Source: a virus
Lineage: Duplodnaviria; Caudoviricetes
Direction: 5' to 3' (one strand)
IMG/VR virus record: IMGVR_UViG_3300020331_000002
Length of the DNA: 64,000 bases
Made by a program: the position numbers and the translations under genes
Shown: positions 9,868-18,632 of the stretch, piece after piece
Layout of the letters: each line of letters starts with the position of its first letter
How positions within the stretch are numbered: position 1 is the first letter of the stretch
The notes under the pieces: model-generated
What the model saw: only the letters and a program-made list of their open reading frames with translations
Database searches by the model: none
What the model was told of the DNA's origin: nothing

Positions 9868-9896
9868 TTGCGGTGATATAAATTGTGCTGTATTGT
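9868..9896 (+). promoter_or_regulatory. Possible sigma70 promoter TTGCGG-17-TATTGT
   Basis: Canonical spacing upstream of ORF 9932 and the tRNA. Confidence 0.45.
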
Positions 9897-9931
9897 GTGT
9901 AACACCTGAAAACTATACATGGATTATTACA

Positions 9932-10270
9932 ATGCAGCCTTATGTGTATTATGGCTACGGTATTAAACTAGGCGAAGTTACTGAAGAAGAGTTTGACCAA
10001 ATAGAAGATGATGACTTTTTTCAAATTGCTTGGTTTAGTGACGGTTGCCGTGAGCAAGATTCCGGCATTGCATTTATAGACAATGCGTATCACTCACCAT
10101 GGGACGAAGACACTACGGAAAAACCTTCCCTGTCTTATGCTGTTGATACCGGTGATATTGACTCAGCGCGTATGAAGTATTTGCCGGAGTTACAAAAAGT
10201 TCTTGACCATCCGATGGTCAAAAAGTATAATAAGCAGATTAAATTTTACGTTTGTTGTACTGAAGTTTAA
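9932..10270 (+). CDS. Hypothetical acidic protein
   Basis: ORF track 9893-10270; ATG at 9932 preferred; PYVYYGYGIKL start typical of small phage accessory proteins. Confidence 0.75.
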   Translation: MQPYVYYGYGIKLGEVTEEEFDQIEDDDFFQIAWFSDGCREQDSGIAFIDNAYHSPWDEDTTEKPSLSYAVDTGDIDSARMKYLPELQKVLDHPMVKKYNKQIKFYVCCTEV

Positions 10271-10280
10271 CAGTAAATGT

Positions 10281-10351
10281 GGCCCTGATTTGGCATAAGT
10301 AGCCGGTCTCTAAAACCGCGAAAGTGGGTTCGAATCCCGCCAGGGTCACCA
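10281..10351 (+). tRNA. Compact 71-nt tRNA with CUA anticodon (amber suppressor type; Pyl-like size)
   Basis: Acceptor GGCCCTG/CAGGGTC, discriminator A, encoded CCA. T-arm GTGGG-TTCGAAT-CCCGC. Anticodon loop CT-CTA-AA closed by CGGT/ACCG. Short D-arm ATTT-GGCAT-AAGT. Confidence 0.85.
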
Positions 10352-10373
10352 ACCTAGTTTACAAGGATATCTA

Positions 10374-10502
10374 ATGGTAATTCCTGTTGTCAATATTTAT
10401 TGCATCAACTCGCCGTTCATTTGCTCGTTCGGTGGGCTATGCCAATATACAACATCGTCTGGTGGCTGCCATTACCCTGGCCCGTGCAAATTTAAAGTAT
10501 AA
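10374..10502 (+). CDS. 42-aa Cys-rich peptide missed by the ORF track
   Basis: SD AAGGA; MVIPVVNIYCINSPFICSFGGLCQYTTSSGGCHYPGPCKFKV*; fills the gap between the tRNA and the oxygenase. Confidence 0.55.
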   Translation: MVIPVVNIYCINSPFICSFGGLCQYTTSSGGCHYPGPCKFKV

Positions 10503-10517
10503 TTAAGGAGAAACGTC

Positions 10518-10895
10518 ATGCGTTAGAACACTCAAAAACCATCACTTAAAATGTGGCGCTGGGGCAACGATAAGTTCGCCACTGGCTATAGAATATTCAC
10601 TTTATTCCATTCCAAAACACTCGGTATCGACTTGTATCTATTCAGGTATCCCGAGGGCTCATTCATTCCTAAGCATAAAGATCCTAAAACAAACGGACCT
10701 ACTACTCGTATAAACTTAGAACTCCGTAAAGCTCAGCAGGGCGGTGTTTTCAAGTGTAAGCGTAAATGGTCGTTGTTTGATAGATTACACGTCTTTAGAG
10801 CAGATAGAGACTATCACTCTGTGTCTAAAATAGAGAAAGGCTCTCGTTGGGTTTTGTCTTTAGGGATAGCAAACGTGTTCAAGAAACCGAGATAA
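10518..10895 (+). CDS. 2OG-Fe(II) oxygenase-family protein with an in-frame amber codon at codon 3
   Basis: HxD (PKHKD), distal H (DYHSV) and R (GSRWVLS) pattern. SD AAGGAG before ATG 10518, then CGT TAG, in frame with ATG 10551, which has no SD. Confidence 0.75.
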
Positions 10896-10899
10896 TCGT

Positions 10900-11241
10900 C
10901 TATTTATTGGAAGTAATAATCAAGAATAAGCCGAGTGTGATGAATAACATACCGGCTACTTCTTGTATGTTGACTATCCTGTCTTTAAAAATCATTGTTT
11001 GGATAATTATTGCGCATAAGAATGAGCATCCTTGCGCTACGAGCGCAAGGGCTGGGTAACTATAATGTGATGATCCCGTACTGTAAAAATAAGTATATAA
11101 CCCGGTAGCAAGCCAAGTTATCGGAACGCATAAAAGTGATATGTAGAGTGAGTCTTGTAAATTGTTACTTCCTCTACTTATCGCCCATATGTTTGGAATC
11201 TGAACGAGTATTGACGCGCATAATATCGTTAACCATATCAT
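10900..11241 (-). CDS. Four-TM small membrane protein, SMR/DMT (EamA-like) superfamily
   Basis: 113 aa, four hydrophobic segments, C-terminal AGMLFITLGLFLI typical of SMR TM4. Confidence 0.6.
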   Translation of the reverse strand: MIWLTILCASILVQIPNIWAISRGSNNLQDSLYISLLCVPITWLATGLYTYFYSTGSSHYSYPALALVAQGCSFLCAIIIQTMIFKDRIVNIQEVAGMLFITLGLFLIITSNK

Positions 11242-11270
11242 TATTATTATATCCTTGATAAACCCCGTTG

Positions 11271-11299
11271 ATTATATAAGGTGCGCGACAATTAGTCAA
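11271..11299 (-). promoter_or_regulatory. sigma70 promoter TTGACT-17-TATAAT
   Basis: Near-consensus, upstream of the SMR-like gene. Confidence 0.85.
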
Positions 11300-11306
11300 T
11301 AAAATG

Positions 11307-11313
11307 CTAAATA
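11307..11313 (+). promoter_or_regulatory. Late promoter box CTAAATA
   Basis: Upstream of 11340. Confidence 0.65.
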
Positions 11314-11339
11314 GACATATATAAAGAATAAGGTACCCT

Positions 11340-11990
11340 TTGATGAGATTCCAAGATATTAAAGAAGCCCGTAGAACTGGAGACGGTATTTCTTATAAAG
11401 AGAAAAAAGTAAAGGGTGAGCTGGACCGTGTTATAGCCGAATTGAGCGGTAAAGAATCACAAATGTTCACCGTTGCTGCTAAATACTATCGTAAGATAGC
11501 TCAAGAAGAAGAAAAAATTAAAAGAGCACGCGATGCTCTAAATGAAAAAATGAAGCAACGGTTCGATACGCTTTTTGATCCAACGGATGTGATCTACACT
11601 CGCGTAATCGAAACGGCTAGCTTAACCGTTTCAATGAGTAAGAAGTCTGAGAAAACCACCCAAACGGTGACAGACGTAGACGGCTTATTCGAAGACCTAT
11701 TAGGCCTTGCTCCTGAATTAGCTGACAAAATCGGCCAGTTACGAGAGCAATACGTGAAAGTTGAGAACAAAGTTACTCAGTCACGTCTAGGCAAACCGAA
11801 GTTACACGATCCCAAGGAATCAGTTGACAACGGCGAAAGTGCACTCGCGGAAGGAGTGCTTGATAGTATCGTCGACTCTATCAAAGCTTACGCTATTAAA
11901 CTGATGAATTGGATTAGTGACTGGGCGCGGGGGTACGACCGCAAGCTTGATTCAATCAAGTCTAGAGCACAGGGCGTCGGAATCCTGTAA
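11340..11990 (+). CDS. Hypothetical late (probably head-internal) protein
   Basis: Late box; N-terminus MRFQDIKE and internal LAEG resemble gp21 cleavage sites. Confidence 0.75.
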   Translation: MMRFQDIKEARRTGDGISYKEKKVKGELDRVIAELSGKESQMFTVAAKYYRKIAQEEEKIKRARDALNEKMKQRFDTLFDPTDVIYTRVIETASLTVSMSKKSEKTTQTVTDVDGLFEDLLGLAPELADKIGQLREQYVKVENKVTQSRLGKPKLHDPKESVDNGESALAEGVLDSIVDSIKAYAIKLMNWISDWARGYDRKLDSIKSRAQGVGIL

Positions 11991-12021
11991 CGTACCGAAT
12001 TTACTCTAATCGGTAATATTT

Positions 12022-12042
12022 AGGCCCCCTTGTGGGGCCTTT
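12022..12042 (+). terminator. Hairpin terminator
   Basis: AGGCCCC-CTTGT-GGGGCCT-TT. Confidence 0.6.
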
Positions 12043-12070
12043 CCGTATCACTTTTCCAGCCTCGCCTTAA

Positions 12071-12077
12071 CTAAATA
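12071..12077 (+). promoter_or_regulatory. Late promoter box CTAAATA
   Basis: Upstream of the fibre gene. Confidence 0.65.
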
Positions 12078-12108
12078 CTATGAAAATATATCAGGGAATG
12101 AATAACTA

Positions 12109-15100
12109 ATGTCCTATGAATTTAATATCAATGGCGGCACGCGTTTTGTACTAACTAACGGTGAGTCATCAGGGATTGAAAACATTCGGTTAGAAGGGTC
12201 TGTTATTATAACAGAAGACTTAACTGTGCTAGGTAATAACACGGTTTTGGAAACTTCAACCGTAACAATTGAAGATACAATTATTACTATAGGCCGCGGC
12301 ACTGCTGAACTAGACCCGAGTGATGCGTTTTTGTCTGGCGGCTTGATTGTAGAAAGGCCGTCAGGTGAGAATCATAAAGGACTTTGGTACACACCTTCGG
12401 CGGCTAGTTTTATATTCGGTGAAACAACAACAGACAGTGAAGGCCAAGTTGCCGAGTTAAGTCCGGACGCGTATACTAATGTTTCCATGGGCCACTTAAC
12501 TGTGCATTATAACGCTGACGGCGCTGCTGATGCGTACATCGGTGATCCTTCAACTAAGTTTACCTCTTCGGGTACAGTGCAATTCGGTAAGCTATCTAAT
12601 GCTGAGTCAACGAACATACAAGGCGAAAATGCTTCTTTTGAAAATCCCAAAGACGTCCGCGTCAAAACAGGCGGCGCTGTACGTGAAGAAGTTCGTGTAG
12701 AGGACTCTAGCTTTGGTGAATGGCGTGTTCGTACTTCGTCGCTAGTTGGCGCAGCTGGATCAGAAATCGTTTATGACCAAGACCTTTATATGGGTAACGG
12801 TGAGTTCACTTACAATGGTGATACTGTACTTACTATGGGTTCTGGCGACTATGTTGTTTCTATTAACGACTTGCAAGGCGTAGTCGAGTTTAGGTTATTT
12901 GACTTACTAGACGTCGAAGGCGATCACCAAGAGTTTGCTGGTGCACCGAGAGAAGACGGTAAGTACTTGAAATTCAACGCTAGTGAAGGTGTTTGGCTGC
13001 CGTCTTTTATTACTCATATAAACGAGATAGAAAACGTTAACGCCAACGAGATTGCAGGCCGTGTGCTACAATATCGACTAGACTCATCTGACGGTGTGTA
13101 TCGTTGGATGGAGTCTACTGTCGCTATGCCTGAGAAACTGTTCCAGCTATTGGATGTAGACATGTCAACTGAGACAGAAGCCGAACCCGGTCAGTCTCTT
13201 ATATGGTTTGAAGAAGACGAAGTATCCGGAGCAGGCTTCTGGCGCCCGTCATTCATCCCTAGTATACACTCAATCATGGATGTAGAAAGCACGCTGCCAG
13301 ACGCCGGAGACGAGGGTAAAGCCTTAATCTGGAATAACACAACAGGAAAGTGGGTTTTAAGCGCTACGAGCTTTGTAGAGGTATTAGACGACCTTGCTGA
13401 CGTTAATGGTGTGCTTAATCTTGACGACAAAGCGTTTCTTAAGTATGACTTGGACAACTCGCAATGGGCGCCTGGTTTTGTAGACGACATCGGCGAGATT
13501 ACTAATGTTAGGGAAATGTCAAACGGGCTGTCGCAGGACAACAATCTTCTTAAATACAACTTCAGTGACCAAGTTTGGGAAGCCGGTATAATCGACGATT
13601 TAGCTGAAATCGGCAACGTCTATATTCCTGATTACGGTACTGTAGAAGAAGGCCATACAATTAAGTGGGACGTGGTAAACGCTCGCTGGGTCACTGGTCC
13701 TTCTCTGTCCAGGCTATTTGATGTGACTGATGTTAAAGAAACTGAAGGCTCAATGGCGGAAGGCCGTTTCCTTGTTTGGCGCGCTAACGGGCCAGACGGT
13801 CCTGGCTGGTATCAGTCTGACATGTCTCAAGTGCAAGTCCTAGATGACCTGAACGACGTTATTATCGATCAAGGCGATTTATCAGACGGTAAAATCCTGC
13901 GATATAACAGCTCTTTGTCCCAATGGGAACCGGGCATTATACAGCAAATTACCGAGATAGGCGACGTTACAATTGATTATGATCAGCAGTCAGTAAACGG
14001 CATTAGAGATCAACACGTATTAAAGTGGAACGGTAGTCGCTTCGTAAACGGGTTTGTCAGTAAAATATCAGACATTGAGAACGTCGACGCTGTTGACAAC
14101 CCGACAGACGGTGACTTTTTACGTTATGTTGAGAGCACAGGCCGTTGGACTAACAGCCCGATTAACTCAATCGACGAAATAGTAAACGTTCAATTAGGCG
14201 GAATAGCCGATGGAAAAGTATTAGAATGGGATTCGTCTGCGAATGCCGGCCAAGGCGCGTTCGTGCCAAGCGCCGGGTCTCGTGTTGAATATTTCGGTGA
14301 CTTGGTTGATGTTACTGTTCCTGAAGACCCATCGCAAATAACGGTTGGGTCTGCGCTTCGCTTTAACGGTAGTAAGTGGACACCGTACGATTATTCATTC
14401 CCTGAGGCTATCGGTGATATGAATAATGTTATTATCACCGGACCTGTTACCGGCGACGCCCTTTTATTCAACGGTACTGACTGGGTTAATGGCAATATAC
14501 CGCATCCTACTCGCTTAGAACAGCTACGTGACGACGTTGATTTGGACACTCCGCTTAACGGCGAAGTATTAATGTACGATGGCACTAATTGGATTAACTC
14601 AACCGCGGTAGTAGTTGACGTATTAGACGATTTAGATGACGTTGAATTGAACTCACCAAGAGACGATCAATTCTTGCGCTACGACATTGCAGAAGCGCGT
14701 TGGAAAAACCAAACTGTAAAAATTCCATTAAACATTTTGGATCTTGAAGACGTTAATCCTAACTATAGATTACCAGACGATAACCCTTATTATGAAGAGC
14801 CACAAACCGGCGAAGTACTTCGTTATAATGGTGTATACTGGGAAGGTGTTACTCTACCTGTTTATGATCAGTTAGATGATCTATTGGATGTGACTATTAG
14901 TGGCGCAGCCGTTGATCATGTGCTGTATTACAACGGCGCTGGCTGGCAAAACCGCAAGCTAGACTTCATATCTAATATGGATGATTTACTCGATGTTAGC
15001 GCTGATTCACCCACCAACGGCTCTATATTGATTTATGACGGCCCTGCGTCTGAATGGGTTGCGAGTAGTGTAGGCGATTTAAACATTGTAATTGACGATT

Positions 15101-18100
15101 TAGATGATGTCGACACGCTTAACGTACAAGCAGGCCACGTGCTAACGGCTGTACCTAACGGCGAAGGATTTTTATGGACTAACCAACCCCCGGCTTATAG
15201 TACTTTGGGTTCACTAGATGACGTTAACGATGGCTCACGCGCACTAGGCAAATACTTGCGTTATGATGGTACTCGCTGGGTTGCTAGTGAGCTAGTTACT
15301 AGTGAAATTTTAGACTCGTTAATTGAAGAATTATCACTAGATGAACTAGGCGATGTCACTATAGACAATACTCTAGACACCGGTCACATGCTTGTTCATG
15401 TAGAGGGCGTATGGGTTAACCAAAACGTAGGCGAAGCTTTCGGGCAATATGCAACGATAGGTGATTTAGGTAACGTTACCGCTGACGCGCCACTAGCAGG
15501 TGACACAATTGTTTATGACGATGTAACTGGCAGATATGTGTCTGTTAACTTGGTTCAAGTAGTTAAAACTGGCCTTAATCTTGCAGAGCTAGCAGGGACT
15601 GAAAACGGTGAGCAGTATGTATGGGATGCAACTGGCGCCGAGTGGGTAGTTAAGCACTTAGGTGATCCGTCAGGAGAACCTGACGCCGGTAAAGTTCTTA
15701 CTTGGGATGGCACCAAATGGACCACCCAAGATTTACCTGAAGACAAGTTCATCAAACTATTAAGTGAATTAGACGACGTTCAAACCGACGATTTGGCTTC
15801 CATACAAAACAACCAAATACTACGCTGGAATGCCGCGAGTCAGTACTGGGAGAACGTTGATTGGCCTAGTATTTCACTGCACATGTTAGAAGACGTTGAC
15901 TTCGTTACGCCTGATTTGAATGATTTGGTCGCATACGACGGTACTAGGTGGGTTAACTTAGACTTGCCGGTAATTGCAGGCAATGTGCTTGAGCTAGATA
16001 ACTTGTCTAACGTAAATGCTTCTGTTCCTAGCGACCAACAAGTATTGGCGTATAGTGCCGCTAATGGTGAGTGGCAGAGTACTGATATTGCTACGGTTGC
16101 AAATAACAACCTAAATTTATCCGACTTGGCTGATGTGTTTGATGGCGTATCGCCAAGTGGCGAAACCAAATATTTGGCTTGGGACTTTGACAACTCTCGA
16201 TGGAGTGTTAGTTCAGTATCATTAAACGCATTCGCAATCAACGAACTAAGCAACGTTACCATATCGTCACCGGCTGCTGGTAATTTCCTTAGATTCGACG
16301 GTGTAGAGTGGATAAACGATAGTGTGATTATCCCGACTACATTGAATAGCTTGTTAGATGTTAGTACAACAAATCCAACAAATGGCGCTTTCTTAGCATA
16401 TGAGGAAGAGTCGAATGAATGGATTGCTAGGAACTATCTAATAGTTGAGTCACTTAGTGATTTATCTGACGTTAACACAACAGGTGTACAGCCAGGCGAC
16501 ACACTAATATATCAAGGCGGGTCGTGGGTTCCTATCCAATTACCGCCTGTAACACTCGAATCACGTGACTTGACTGATATATCGGATACCGCAGCTACTG
16601 ACGGCCAAGTCCTGTTATGGAACGAATCCGCAGGGAAATGGGAACCAAACAACCTACCGGATCCGTTTATTCCTGAGGTTTTAAACGACTTAAGCAATGT
16701 TAACGTTCCTGCACCGTCGGCAAATGACGTACTTGTATTTGACAACGTTAGTGGCGAATGGATAGCTGCTGCTTTCAGTACTTTGGTTAATGTAGAACTC
16801 GGTCAAATCACTAATGTTTCGTTATCAAACGTTGTTGATGCCCATGTATTGGCGTATAACTCTGCTTCGGGTGATTGGGAGAATACACCGATAGGTTCGC
16901 TAGGGGTCGACGTGGGTGACTTAGGCGACGTCACCGGTACAGCGAGTGCTGATAACCGTTTCCTTGTTTACAATGACACTACTGGGAAATGGGATATTAC
17001 TGAATTCCAGACAATCAGTATGATTAAAGATGTCAATGCAGCTGGCGCAGCAAGCGGTGATGCTCTTGTTTGGAATGGCACGCAATTTGTTCCTGGGTCA
17101 CCAGGCAACGTAAATGCCGAATCACTAAATGGCCAGCCAGCGTCGGCATATTTGCGCTCGGATGAAGCTGATGCAGGCGTAGCACTAGAACTCAGTGACG
17201 TAAGGCCTCTTGCTTTTTCTAGTTCATCAGAGGTTAGAATTGGTGCTGACTCTGCTCCGCGACTTGGTGTATATGCCCCGCGTGTTAGTGTGTTAGCTGA
17301 TAGTATATCGTTGAATTATAGTCCGCTAGACGCTGCTGGTGTCAAATTTGTACCTGACACGGCGCCTGCACTTAGTGAAGCTGGCTTCATGTGGTGTGAT
17401 TCAAGTGATAACTCGTTAATGTTTTATAACGGTACTGAGCAGCTTAATATCTCAAATATAGCAACTCAGAATTATATAGTTAATGACACTGACGGCGAGC
17501 TTACTAGTCTAACTATTACGGCAGCCGAAGCGAAGATGTATGTAGAGGGCACGACTAACGAGAATACACGTTTCACGTTCTCTGACAAGGCCACAGACAA
17601 AGCCGCACTTGTTGACATGGGCGCAAGCATACTAACTGATATCGGCGGCACTAACGGTAACGCTGGCGCTCAGACGGTATCGGTTACTGGTAAAACAGTG
17701 TTGTACAGTGACGCAGGTGACGTGTACAGACGTAACGGATCTGGCACTGATCGATTGGCGACGATTGCCGACATACAAGCTGAAATTATAACAGCTAACG
17801 CGAGTTATACGACAGTGAGTGGCAACTCAGTGGCGCTAAGTGAAGGTAATAGTTTAGTTCGCTACGCTATTCCTGATAACACAACAAGTGTAATGAACAT
17901 CTCTGGCCTAGATCAATTAGAAACTGGTAACTCAGTAGTTATAGCGGCAACGGCAAATACCGTTATATCTAATTGGGGTGCTAACTCTAGATTAAGAATG
18001 GAGGTTACTGGCTTAACAGGTATGTACGTAAATGGCGTATATACGTCAGGCACTACACATATTATTGACTTAAGTGCTACGCCTAATATTACGCTTTACT

Positions 18101-18147
18101 TCTACGAAGACGGATCTAATAAGTACTTTATTTGTCAAGCGTCCTAG
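12109..18147 (+). CDS. Long repeat-containing virion fibre protein (2012 aa)
   Basis: About 36 copies of a 35-45 aa repeat LxDLxDV...G..L.(Y/W)D...W; NAESLNG..SAYLRSD motif before the C-terminal domain; late box. Confidence 0.8.
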   Translation: MSYEFNINGGTRFVLTNGESSGIENIRLEGSVIITEDLTVLGNNTVLETSTVTIEDTIITIGRGTAELDPSDAFLSGGLIVERPSGENHKGLWYTPSAASFIFGETTTDSEGQVAELSPDAYTNVSMGHLTVHYNADGAADAYIGDPSTKFTSSGTVQFGKLSNAESTNIQGENASFENPKDVRVKTGGAVREEVRVEDSSFGEWRVRTSSLVGAAGSEIVYDQDLYMGNGEFTYNGDTVLTMGSGDYVVSINDLQGVVEFRLFDLLDVEGDHQEFAGAPREDGKYLKFNASEGVWLPSFITHINEIENVNANEIAGRVLQYRLDSSDGVYRWMESTVAMPEKLFQLLDVDMSTETEAEPGQSLIWFEEDEVSGAGFWRPSFIPSIHSIMDVESTLPDAGDEGKALIWNNTTGKWVLSATSFVEVLDDLADVNGVLNLDDKAFLKYDLDNSQWAPGFVDDIGEITNVREMSNGLSQDNNLLKYNFSDQVWEAGIIDDLAEIGNVYIPDYGTVEEGHTIKWDVVNARWVTGPSLSRLFDVTDVKETEGSMAEGRFLVWRANGPDGPGWYQSDMSQVQVLDDLNDVIIDQGDLSDGKILRYNSSLSQWEPGIIQQITEIGDVTIDYDQQSVNGIRDQHVLKWNGSRFVNGFVSKISDIENVDAVDNPTDGDFLRYVESTGRWTNSPINSIDEIVNVQLGGIADGKVLEWDSSANAGQGAFVPSAGSRVEYFGDLVDVTVPEDPSQITVGSALRFNGSKWTPYDYSFPEAIGDMNNVIITGPVTGDALLFNGTDWVNGNIPHPTRLEQLRDDVDLDTPLNGEVLMYDGTNWINSTAVVVDVLDDLDDVELNSPRDDQFLRYDIAEARWKNQTVKIPLNILDLEDVNPNYRLPDDNPYYEEPQTGEVLRYNGVYWEGVTLPVYDQLDDLLDVTISGAAVDHVLYYNGAGWQNRKLDFISNMDDLLDVSADSPTNGSILIYDGPASEWVASSVGDLNIVIDDLDDVDTLNVQAGHVLTAVPNGEGFLWTNQPPAYSTLGSLDDVNDGSRALGKYLRYDGTRWVASELVTSEILDSLIEELSLDELGDVTIDNTLDTGHMLVHVEGVWVNQNVGEAFGQYATIGDLGNVTADAPLAGDTIVYDDVTGRYVSVNLVQVVKTGLNLAELAGTENGEQYVWDATGAEWVVKHLGDPSGEPDAGKVLTWDGTKWTTQDLPEDKFIKLLSELDDVQTDDLASIQNNQILRWNAASQYWENVDWPSISLHMLEDVDFVTPDLNDLVAYDGTRWVNLDLPVIAGNVLELDNLSNVNASVPSDQQVLAYSAANGEWQSTDIATVANNNLNLSDLADVFDGVSPSGETKYLAWDFDNSRWSVSSVSLNAFAINELSNVTISSPAAGNFLRFDGVEWINDSVIIPTTLNSLLDVSTTNPTNGAFLAYEEESNEWIARNYLIVESLSDLSDVNTTGVQPGDTLIYQGGSWVPIQLPPVTLESRDLTDISDTAATDGQVLLWNESAGKWEPNNLPDPFIPEVLNDLSNVNVPAPSANDVLVFDNVSGEWIAAAFSTLVNVELGQITNVSLSNVVDAHVLAYNSASGDWENTPIGSLGVDVGDLGDVTGTASADNRFLVYNDTTGKWDITEFQTISMIKDVNAAGAASGDALVWNGTQFVPGSPGNVNAESLNGQPASAYLRSDEADAGVALELSDVRPLAFSSSSEVRIGADSAPRLGVYAPRVSVLADSISLNYSPLDAAGVKFVPDTAPALSEAGFMWCDSSDNSLMFYNGTEQLNISNIATQNYIVNDTDGELTSLTITAAEAKMYVEGTTNENTRFTFSDKATDKAALVDMGASILTDIGGTNGNAGAQTVSVTGKTVLYSDAGDVYRRNGSGTDRLATIADIQAEIITANASYTTVSGNSVALSEGNSLVRYAIPDNTTSVMNISGLDQLETGNSVVIAATANTVISNWGANSRLRMEVTGLTGMYVNGVYTSGTTHIIDLSATPNITLYFYEDGSNKYFICQAS
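12890..17110 (+). repeat. Protein-level tandem fibre-shaft repeats
   Basis: Repeats are evident in translation and divergent at the DNA level; counted by eye. Confidence 0.8.
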
Positions 18148-18632
18148 ACGCTTGACTTGTAAAACGTGTTACTTATGCACGGATATGTAGGATATTCGGG
18201 GGCTTCATCAATCATTTGGTGAAGCTTTTTTATATTCTTTTTAGGCCTAAGAGTGTGCGCTACTCCTTTATGTAAAGGCGTAGGCCATTGACCTATATTG
18301 ACCCAGGCATAACTTATATGCTCGTCGTTCAAAATTGGCGTGAATTCGCTTGGTATTATCCAGACGTAAGTGTAATAGAAAAAGTTACTGTCAGCGCCTT
18401 GATAGATGTCAAACGGATGCACTTTTAAGGCAGTGGGTACCTTCCCTATTTCCTCGTGAAGCTCGCGCCTGAGCCCGTCTATTGTAGTTTCGCCGTTTTC
18501 AATCTTGCCGCCCCAAATACCCCATCCGGCTCGTTTGGTATTTGCTTTATTGCGTAGGGCGAAAAGAACACGTCGAGTGTCCTTCGCCACAATAATACAG
18601 CCTGCCGCACTTATTTGATTAGAATTTTCCAT
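18144..18632 (-). CDS. Nudix hydrolase
   Basis: Nudix box GGKIENGETTIDGLRRELHEEIG. Confidence 0.9.
   Translation of the reverse strand: MENSNQISAAGCIIVAKDTRRVLFALRNKANTKRAGWGIWGGKIENGETTIDGLRRELHEEIGKVPTALKVHPFDIYQGADSNFFYYTYVWIIPSEFTPILNDEHISYAWVNIGQWPTPLHKGVAHTLRPKKNIKKLHQMIDEAPEYPTYPCISNTFYKSSV

Noticed and set aside
9806-9931. Possible amber read-through extension of ORF 9932 through two upstream TAGs
   Set aside because: That frame has no start codon after the SD; the SD-linked ATG is in another frame and is followed by TAA.
10281-10351. Calling the tRNA a bona fide tRNA-Pyl
   Set aside because: The discriminator is A, not G, the T-loop is canonical, and there are no pyl genes in the window. 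Only size and anticodon loop match.
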